Origin: Utricularia gibba | Taxonomy: Eukaryota; Plantae; Magnoliophyta | Direction: 5' to 3' | Length of the DNA stretch: 20,781 nt | NCBI GenBank assembly: GCA_002189035.1 | Contig: NEEC01000185.1 | Coordinates: 1-20,781 of the forward strand | Shown here: positions 11,501-20,781 of the stretch, one piece after another | Layout: each line of letters opens with the position of its first letter | Position numbering within the stretch: the first letter of the stretch is position 1 | Notes under the pieces: generated by a model | What the model was told of the DNA's origin: nothing | Seen by the model: the letters and a program-made list of their open reading frames with translations, nothing else | The model's database searches: none | Program-made: the position numbers and the translations under genes

Positions 11501-12646
11501 AAAAATAAATATTTACGCATATCCTGAGTATACACAGTGTTGGGATAAGTGATGCCACGAAATTCATGATGTAACATGTGACTTTTTTCCATCTTGATCG
11601 CATATCCGATGAAGTTTGACACCATATGTTTTGGCTGTTGATTGATTCAATTAGTTGCTATGATACTTCTGATTCTTGATGCACCATTCCCATACACCAT
11701 GTCTCTAGTGGCTATTTGATTCTTTTGCCGTGTATCCCATTTGCATCAATGTCGAGAACGAGAAGCACATTCTTAGACGCAGCCACCAAGAAAGGACACC
11801 TAAGACACTTTTCGTTGTGGCTTGTTTTTAATATGTCCACAGTTATCGGACAAACGTAACTCCAAATTATAATACTTGGAGCTCGAAAAGGGCTTCCCAA
11901 CAGTGTGCTATGAAGAGCAAGGATCTGCATGTTATGCAAGAGGTGCTTCGCGGACCAGGATGTGCGACGTAGTCATTTCATTGCGCATCATCATTCGGGG
12001 TGCATCCTAAAAATCACACGTGCACGGGATTCATTAAAAATAAATATTTACGCATATCCAGAGTGTATAACAGTGTTGGGATAAGTGATGCCACGAAATT
12101 CATGATGTAGCATGTGACTTTTTTCCAACTTGATCGCATAGTAGATGAATTCTGACACCATATGTTGATGCATTTAGTTGCTATGATACTTCTGATTCTT
12201 GATGCACCATTCCCGTATACCATGTCTCTAGTGGCTATTTGATTCTTTTGCCTTGTATGTTGTTCGCATCAATTTCGAGAACATGAAGCACATTATTAAA
12301 TGCAGTCACCACGGAATGCCACGTGAGACACCTTTCGTTGTGGCCCTTTTTTAATATGTCCACAGTTATCGGACAAACGTAACTCCAAATTATAATACTT
12401 GGAGCTCGAAAGGGCTTCCCAACAGTGTGCTATGAAGAGCAAGGATCTGCATGTTATGCAAGAGGTGTTTCGCGGACCAGGATGTGCGACGTAGTCATTT
12501 CATTGCGCATCACCATTCGGGATGCAGCCGAAAAATCACACGTGCACCGGATTTGTTAAAAATAAATATTTACGCATATCCTGAGTATACAACAGTGTTG
12601 GGATAAGTGATGCCACGAAATTCATGATGTAACATGTGACTTTTTT

Positions 12647-13194
12647 CCATCTTGATCGCATATCCGATGAAGTTTGACACCATATGTTTTGGCTGTTGAT
12701 TGATTCAATTAGTTGCTATGATACTTCTGATTCTTGATGCACCATTCCCATACACCATGTCTCTAGTGGCTATTTGATTCTTTTGCCGTGTATCCCATTT
12801 GCATCAATGTCGAGAACGAGAAGCACATTCTTAGACGCAGCCACCAAGAAAGGACACCTAAGACACTTTTCGTTGTGGCTTGTTTTTAATATGTCCACAG
12901 TTATCGGACAAACGTAACTCCCATCTTGATCGCATATCCGATGAAGTTTGACACCATATGTTTTGGCTGTTGATTGATTCAATTAGTTGCTATGATACTT
13001 CTGATTCTTGATGCACCATTCCCATACACCATGTCTCTAGTGGCTATTTGATTCTTTTGCCGTGTATCCCATTTGCATCAATGTCGAGAACGAGAAGCAC
13101 ATTCTTAGACGCAGCCACCAAGAAAGGACACCTAAGACACTTTTCGTTGTGGCTTGTTTTTAATATGTCCACAGTTATCGGACAAACGTAACTC
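12647..13194 (+). repeat. 274-bp direct tandem duplication within A copy 13
   Basis: ccatcttgatcg...ggacaaacgtaactc at 12647-12920 is repeated at 12921-13194. The junction reads gtaactc|ccatcttgat. A13 is 810 bp (536 + 274), and the ORF track offset 12770 to 13044 is 274. Confidence 0.95.
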
Positions 13195-16100
13195 CAAATT
13201 ATAATACTTGGAGCTCGAAAAGGGCTTCCCAACAGTGTGCTATGAAGAGCAAGGATCTGCATGTTATGCAAGAGGTGCTTCGCGGACCAGGATGTGCGAC
13301 GTAGTCATTTCATTGCGCATCATCATTCGGGGTGCATCCTAAAAATCACACGTGCACGGGATTCATTAAAAATAAATATTTACGCATATCCAGAGTGTAT
13401 AACAGTGTTGGGATAAGTGATGCCACGAAATTCATGATGTAGCATGTGACTTTTTTCCAACTTGATCGCATAGTAGATGAATTCTGACACCATATGTTGA
13501 TGCATTTAGTTGCTATGATACTTCTGATTCTTGATGCACCATTCCCGTATACCATGTCTCTAGTGGCTATTTGATTCTTTTGCCTTGTATGTTGTTCGCA
13601 TCAATTTCGAGAACATGAAGCACATTATTAAATGCAGTCACCACGGAATGCCACGTGAGACACCTTTCGTTGTGGCCCTTTTTTAATATGTCCACAGTTA
13701 TCGGACAAACGTAACTCCAAATTATAATACTTGGAGCTCGAAAAGGGCTTCCCAACAGTGTGCTATGAAGAGCAAGGATCTGCATGTTATGCAAGAGGTG
13801 TTTCGCGGACCAGGATGTGCGACGTAGTCATTTCATTGCGCATCACCATTCGGGATGCAGCCGAAAAATCACACGTGCACCGGATTTGTTAAAAATAAAT
13901 ATTTACGCATATCCTGAGTATACAACAGTGTTGGGATAAGTGATGCCACGAAATTCATGATGTAACATGTGACTTTTTTCCATCTTGATCGCATATCCGA
14001 TGAAGTTTGACACCATATGTTTTGGCTGTTGATTGATTCAATTAGTTGCTATGATACTTCTGATTCTTGATGCACCATTCCCATACACCATGTCTCTAGT
14101 GGCTATTTGATTCTTTTGCCGTGTATCCCATTTGCATCAATGTCGAGAACGAGAAGCACATTCTTAGACGCAGCCACCAAGAAAGGACACCTAAGACACT
14201 TTTCGTTGTGGCTTGTTTTTAATATGTCCACAGTTATCGGACAAACGTAACTCCAAATTATAATACTTGGAGCTCGAAAAGGGCTTCCCAACAGTGTGCT
14301 ATGAAGAGCAAGGATCTGCATGTTATGCAAGAGGTGCTTCGCGGACCAGGATGTGCGACGTAGTCATTTCATTGCGCATCATCATTCGGGGTGCATCCTA
14401 AAAATCACACGTGCACGGGATTCATTAAAAATAAATATTTACGCATATCCAGAGTGTATAACAGTGTTGGGATAAGTGATGCCACGAAATTCATGATGTA
14501 GCATGTGACTTTTTTCCAACTTGATCGCATAGTAGATGAATTCTGACACCATATGTTGATGCATTTAGTTGCTATGATACTTCTGATTCTTGATGCACCA
14601 TTCCCGTATACCATGTCTCTAGTGGCTATTTGATTCTTTTGCCTTGTATGTTGTTCGCATCAATTTCGAGAACATGAAGCACATTATTAAATGCAGTCAC
14701 CACGGAATGCCACGTGAGACACCTTTCGTTGTGGCCCTTTTTTAATATGTCCACAGTTATCGGACAAACGTAACTCCAAATTATAATACTTGGAGCTCGA
14801 AAAGGGCTTCCCAACAGTGTGCTATGAAGAGCAAGGATCTGCATGTTATGCAAGAGGTGTTTCGCGGACCAGGATGTGCGACGTAGTCATTTCATTGCGC
14901 ATCACCATTCGGGATGCAGCCGAAAAATCACACGTGCACCGGATTTGTTAAAAATAAATATTTACGCATATCCTGAGTATACAACAGTGTTGGGATAAGT
15001 GATGCCACGAAATTCATGATGTAACATGTGACTTTTTTCCATCTTGATCGCATATCCGATGAAGTTTGACACCATATGTTTTGGCTGTTGATTGATTCAA
15101 TTAGTTGCTATGATACTTCTGATTCTTGATGCACCATTCCCATACACCATGTCTCTAGTGGCTATTTGATTCTTTTGCCGTGTATCCCATTTGCATCAAT
15201 GTCGAGAACGAGAAGCACATTCTTAGACGCAGCCACCAAGAAAGGACACCTAAGACACTTTTCGTTGTGGCTTGTTTTTAATATGTCCACAGTTATCGGA
15301 CAAACGTAACTCCAAATTATAATACTTGGAGCTCGAAAAGGGCTTCCCAACAGTGTGCTATGAAGAGCAAGGATCTGCATGTTATGCAAGAGGTGCTTCG
15401 CGGACCAGGATGTGCGACGTAGTCATTTCATTGCGCATCATCATTCGGGGTGCATCCTAAAAATCACACGTGCACGGGATTCATTAAAAATAAATATTTA
15501 CGCATATCCAGAGTGTATAACAGTGTTGGGATAAGTGATGCCACGAAATTCATGATGTAGCATGTGACTTTTTTCCAACTTGATCGCATAGTAGATGAAT
15601 TCTGACACCATATGTTGATGCATTTAGTTGCTATGATACTTCTGATTCTTGATGCACCATTCCCGTATACCATGTCTCTAGTGGCTATTTGATTCTTTTG
15701 CCTTGTATGTTGTTCGCATCAATTTCGAGAACATGAAGCACATTATTAAATGCAGTCACCACGGAATGCCACGTGAGACACCTTTCGTTGTGGCCCTTTT
15801 TTAATATGTCCACAGTTATCGGACAAACGTAACTCCAAATTATAATACTTGGAGCTCGAAAAGGGCTTCCCAACAGTGTGCTATGAAGAGCAAGGATCTG
15901 CATGTTATGCAAGAGGTGTTTCGCGGACCAGGATGTGCGACGTAGTCATTTCATTGCGCATCACATTCGGGATGCAGCCGAAAAATCACACGTGCACGGA
16001 TTTGTTAAAAATAAATATTTACGCATATCCTGAGTATACAACAGTGTTGGGATAAGTGATGCCACGAAATTCATGATGTAACATGTGACTTTTTTCCATC

Positions 16101-19100
16101 TTGATCGCATATCCGATGAAGTTTGACACCATATGTTTTGGCTGTTGATTGATTCAATTAGTTGCTATGATACTTCTGATTCTTGATGCACCATTCCCAT
16201 ACACCATGTCTCTAGTGGCTATTTGATTCTTTTGCCGTGTATCCCATTTGCATCAATGTCGAGAACGAGAAGCACATTCTTAGACGCAGCCACCAAGAAA
16301 GGACACCTAAGACACTTTTCGTTGTGGCTTGTTTTTAATATGTCCACAGTTATCGGACAAACGTAACTCCAAATTATAATACTTGGAGCTCGAAAAGGGC
16401 TTCCCAACAGTGTGCTATGAAGAGCAAGGATCTGCATGTTATGCAAGAGGTGCTTCGCGGACCAGGATGTGCGACGTAGTCATTTCATTGCGCATCATCA
16501 TTCGGGGTGCATCCTAAAAATCACACGTGCACGGGATTCATTAAAAATAAATATTTACGCATATCCAGAGTGTATAACAGTGTTGGGATAAGTGATGCCA
16601 CGAAATTCATGATGTAGCATGTGACTTTTTTCCAACTTGATCGCATAGTAGATGAATTCTGACACCATATGTTGATGCATTTAGTTGCTATGATACTTCT
16701 GATTCTTGATGCACCATTCCCGTATACCATGTCTCTAGTGGCTATTTGATTCTTTTGCCTTGTATGTTGTTCGCATCAATTTCGAGAACATGAAGCACAT
16801 TATTAAATGCAGTCACCACGGAATGCCACGTGAGACACCTTTCGTTGTGGCCCTTTTTTAATATGTCCACAGTTATCGGACAAACGTAACTCCAAATTAT
16901 AATACTTGGAGCTCGAAAAGGGCTTCCCAACAGTGTGCTATGAAGAGCAAGGATCTGCATGTTATGCAAGAGGTGTTTCGCGGACCAGGATGTGCGACGT
17001 AGTCATTTCATTGCGCATCACCATTCGGGATGCAGCCGAAAAATCACACGTGCACCGGATTTGTTAAAAATAAATATTTACGCATATCCTGAGTATACAA
17101 CAGTGTTGGGATAAGTGATGCCACGAAATTCATGATGTAACATGTGACTTTTTTCCATCTTGATCGCATATCCGATGAAGTTTGACACCATATGTTTTGG
17201 CTGTTGATTGATTCAATTAGTTGCTATGATACTTCTGATTCTTGATGCACCATTCCCATACACCATGTCTCTAGTGGCTATTTGATTCTTTTGCCGTGTA
17301 TCCCATTTGCATCAATGTCGAGAACGAGAAGCACATTCTTAGACGCAGCCACCAAGAAAGGACACCTAAGACACTTTTCGTTGTGGCTTGTTTTTAATAT
17401 GTCCACAGTTATCGGACAAACGTAACTCCAAATTATAATACTTGGAGCTCGAAAAGGGCTTCCCAACAGTGTGCTATGAAGAGCAAGGATCTGCATGTTA
17501 TGCAAGAGGTGCTTCGCGGACCAGGATGTGCGACGTAGTCATTTCATTGCGCATCATCATTCGGGGTGCATCCTAAAAATCACACGTGCACGGGATTCAT
17601 TAAAAATAAATATTTACGCATATCCAGAGTGTATAACAGTGTTGGGATAAGTGATGCCACGAAATTCATGATGTAGCATGTGACTTTTTTCCAACTTGAT
17701 CGCATAGTAGATGAATTCTGACACCATATGTTGATGCATTTAGTTGCTATGATACTTCTGATTCTTGATGCACCATTCCCGTATACCATGTCTCTAGTGG
17801 CTATTTGATTCTTTTGCCTTGTATGTTGTTCGCATCAATTTCGAGAACATGAAGCACATTATTAAATGCAGTCACCACGGAATGCCACGTGAGACACCTT
17901 TCGTTGTGGCCCTTTTTTAATATGTCCACAGTTATCGGACAAACGTAACTCCAAATTATAATACTTGGAGCTCGAAAGGGCTTCCCAACAGTGTGCTATG
18001 AAGAGCAAGGATCTGCATGTTATGCAAGAGGTGTTTCGCGGACCAGGATGTGCGACGTAGTCATTTCATTGCGCATCACCATTCGGGATGCAGCCGAAAA
18101 ATCACACGTGCACCGGATTTGTTAAAAATAAATATTTACGCATATCCTGAGTATACAACAGTGTTGGGATAAGTGATGCCACGAAATTCATGATGTAACA
18201 TGTGACTTTTTTCCATCTTGATCGCATATCCGATGAAGTTTGACACCATATGTTTTGGCTGTTGATTGATTCAATTAGTTGCTATGATACTTCTGATTCT
18301 TGATGCACCATTCCCATACACCATGTCTCTAGTGGCTATTTGATTCTTTTGCCGTGTATCCCATTTGCATCAATGTCGAGAACGAGAAGCACATTCTTAG
18401 ACGCAGCCACCAAGAAAGGACACCTAAGACACTTTTCGTTGTGGCTTGTTTTTAATATGTCCACAGTTATCGGACAAACGTAACTCCAAATTATAATACT
18501 TGGAGCTCGAAAAGGGCTTCCCAACAGTGTGCTATGAAGAGCAAGGATCTGCATGTTATGCAAGAGGTGCTTCGCGGACCAGGATGTGCGACGTAGTCAT
18601 TTCATTGCGCATCATCATTCGGGGTGCATCCTAAAAATCACACGTGCACGGGATTCATTAAAAATAAATATTTACGCATATCCAGAGTGTATAACAGTGT
18701 TGGGATAAGTGATGCCACGAAATTCATGATGTAGCATGTGACTTTTTTCCAACTTGATCGCATAGTAGATGAATTCTGACACCATATGTTGATGCATTTA
18801 GTTGCTATGATACTTCTGATTCTTGATGCACCATTCCCGTATACCATGTCTCTAGTGGCTATTTGATTCTTTTGCCTTGTATGTTGTTCGCATCAATTTC
18901 GAGAACATGAAGCACATTATTAAATGCAGTCACCACGGAATGCCACGTGAGACACCTTTCGTTGTGGCCCTTTTTTAATATGTCCACAGTTATCGGACAA
19001 ACGTAACTCCAAATTATAATACTTGGAGCTCGAAAAGGGCTTCCCAACAGTGTGCTATGAAGAGCAAGGATCTGCATGTTATGCAAGAGGTGTTTCGCGG

Positions 19101-20781
19101 ACCAGGATGTGCGACGTAGTCATTTCATTGCGCATCACCATTCGGGATGCAGCCGAAAAATCACACGTGCACCGGATTTTAAAAATAAATATTTACGCAT
19201 ATCCTGAGTATACAACAGTGTTGGGATAAGTGATGCCACGAAATTCATGATGTAACATGTGACTTTTTTCCATCTTGATCGCATATCCGATGAAGTTTGA
19301 CACCATATGTTTTGGCTGTTGATTGATTCAATTAGTTGCTATGATACTTCTGATTCTTGATGCACCATTCCCATACACCATGTCTCTAGTGGCTATTTGA
19401 TTCTTTTGCCGTGTATCCCATTTGCATCAATGTCGAGAACGAGAAGCACATTCTTAGACGCAGCCACCAAGAAAGGACACCTAAGACACTTTTCGTTGTG
19501 GCTTGTTTTTAATATGTCCACAGTTATCGGACAAACGTAACTCCAAATTATAATACTTGGAGCTCGAAAAGGGCTTCCCAACAGTGTGCTATGAAGAGCA
19601 AGGATCTGCATGTTATGCAAGAGGTGCTTCGCGGACCAGGATGTGCGACGTAGTCATTTCATTGCGCATCATCATTCGGGGTGCATCCTAAAAATCACAC
19701 GTGCACGGGATTCATTAAAAATAAATATTTACGCATATCCAGAGTGTATAACAGTGTTGGGATAAGTGATGCCACGAAATTCATGATGTAGCATGTGACT
19801 TTTTTCCAACTTGATCGCATAGTAGATGAATTCTGACACCATATGTTGATGCATTTAGTTGCTATGATACTTCTGATTCTTGATGCACCATTCCCGTATA
19901 CCATGTCTCTAGTGGCTATTTGATTCTTTTGCCTTGTATGTTGTTCGCATCAATTTCGAGAACATGAAGCACATTATTAAATGCAGTCACCACGGAATGC
20001 CACGTGAGACACCTTTCGTTGTGGCCCTTTTTTAATATGTCCACAGTTATCGGACAAACGTAACTCCAAATTATAATACTTGGAGCTCGAAAAGGGCTTC
20101 CCAACAGTGTGCTATGAAGAGCAAGGATCTGCATGTTATGCAAGAGGTGTTTCGCGGACCAGGATGTGCGACGTAGTCATTTCATTGCGCATCACCATTC
20201 GGGATGCAGCCGAAAAATCACACGTGCACCGGATTTGTTAAAAATAAATATTTACGCATATCCTGAGTATACAACAGTGTTGGGATAAGTGATGCCACGA
20301 AATTCATGATGTAACATGTGACTTTTTTCCATCTTGATCGCATATCCGATGAAGTTTGACACCATATGTTTTGGCTGTTGATTGATTCAATTAGTTGCTA
20401 TGATACTTCTGATTCTTGATGCACCATTCCCATACACCATGTCTCTAGTGGCTATTTGATTCTTTTGCCGTGTATCCCATTTGCATCAATGTCGAGAAAC
20501 GAGAAGCACATTCTTAGACGCAGCCACCAAGAAAGGACACCTAAGACACTTTTCGTTGTGGCTTGTTTTTAATATGTCCACAGTTATCGGACAAACGTAA
20601 CTCCAAATTATAATACTTGGAGCTCGAAAAGGGCTTCCCAACAGTGTGCTATGAAGAGCAAGGATCTGCATGTTATGCAAGAGGTGCTTCGCGGACCAGG
20701 ATGTGCGACGTAGTCATTTCATTGCGCATCATCATTCGGGGTGCATCCTAAAAATCACACGTGCACGGGATTTCATTAAAA

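Larger units (their letters stand above)
1..20781. repeat. Tandem array of a 1059-bp dimeric higher-order repeat (A 536 bp + B 523 bp), about 19.4 dimers, running off both window edges
   Basis: Using CATGTGAC as the monomer start, A copies begin at 1 (first C missing), 1046, 2082, 3136, 4195, 5252, 6306, 7362, about 8480 (head scrambled), 9459, 10517, 11575, 12633, 13966, 15025, 16082, 17141, 18199, 19256, 20315. B copies begin at 530, 1573, 2614, 3672, 4731, 5788, 6842, 7897, 8936, 9995, 11053, 12111, 13443, 14502, 15561, 16618, 17677, 18735, 19792. Identical ORF translations recur at 1054-1059 bp spacing, with A-to-B offset 523 and B-to-A offset 536. Confidence 0.98.

Noticed and set aside
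824-17980. A 5-dimer super-period suggested by the gaaaggg variant in B1, B6, B7, B12 and B17
   Set aside because: Other variants do not follow the same spacing, B2, B11 and B16 lack it, and it is a homopolymer contraction prone to recurrent error.
1498-20680. All ORFs in the supplied track (60-106 aa, both strands) as protein-coding genes
   Set aside because: They are short, recur only because of the repeat and have no recognisable domain. A-versus-B differences are mostly non-synonymous (e.g. RCPFLVAASK versus TWHSVVTAFN), and the longer ORFs (106, 93, 77 aa) arise from sporadic 1-bp deletions that fuse frames.
1-20781. CRISPR array (constant core alternating with variable blocks)
   Set aside because: The unit is about 530 bp, and the variable blocks are only two homologous alleles rather than unique spacers; no cas genes.
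1-20781. Tandem RNA gene cluster (5S, tRNA, U1/U2/U6 snRNA, spliced leader, C/D snoRNA)
   Set aside because: I found no recognisable signature sequences on either strand and no tRNA cloverleaf or canonical box C/D pair. An Infernal/Rfam search would be the decisive test.

Overview
The whole window is one head-to-tail tandem array (about 41% GC, hand-counted over one monomer) with no unique flank. The repeat unit is a 1059-bp dimer of two related monomers, A (536 bp) and B (523 bp), in strict alternation: 20 A copies (the last partial) and 19 B copies. A and B differ by about 45 substitutions and 13 bp of indel (about 91% identity). The differences are very uneven: a 166-bp core has one difference, while an adjacent 95-bp block has 23. 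Copies of the same type are almost free of substitutions. The regularity is broken by a clean 274-bp internal tandem duplication (junction 12920/12921), A-type patches inside two neighbouring B copies (about 5173 and 6196-6263), a scrambled segment of about 315 bp built from monomer fragments (8254-8567), and 1-2 bp deletions that are dense at the 5' end and otherwise fall almost only in B copies. I find no credible gene, RNA gene, CRISPR array or transposon ends; all listed ORFs are by-products of the repeat. The best reading is a higher-order satellite or macrosatellite array of unknown origin. A concatemer of a 1.06-kb circle cannot be excluded, and several irregularities may be long-read or consensus artefacts. 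I could not support a novel coding system.
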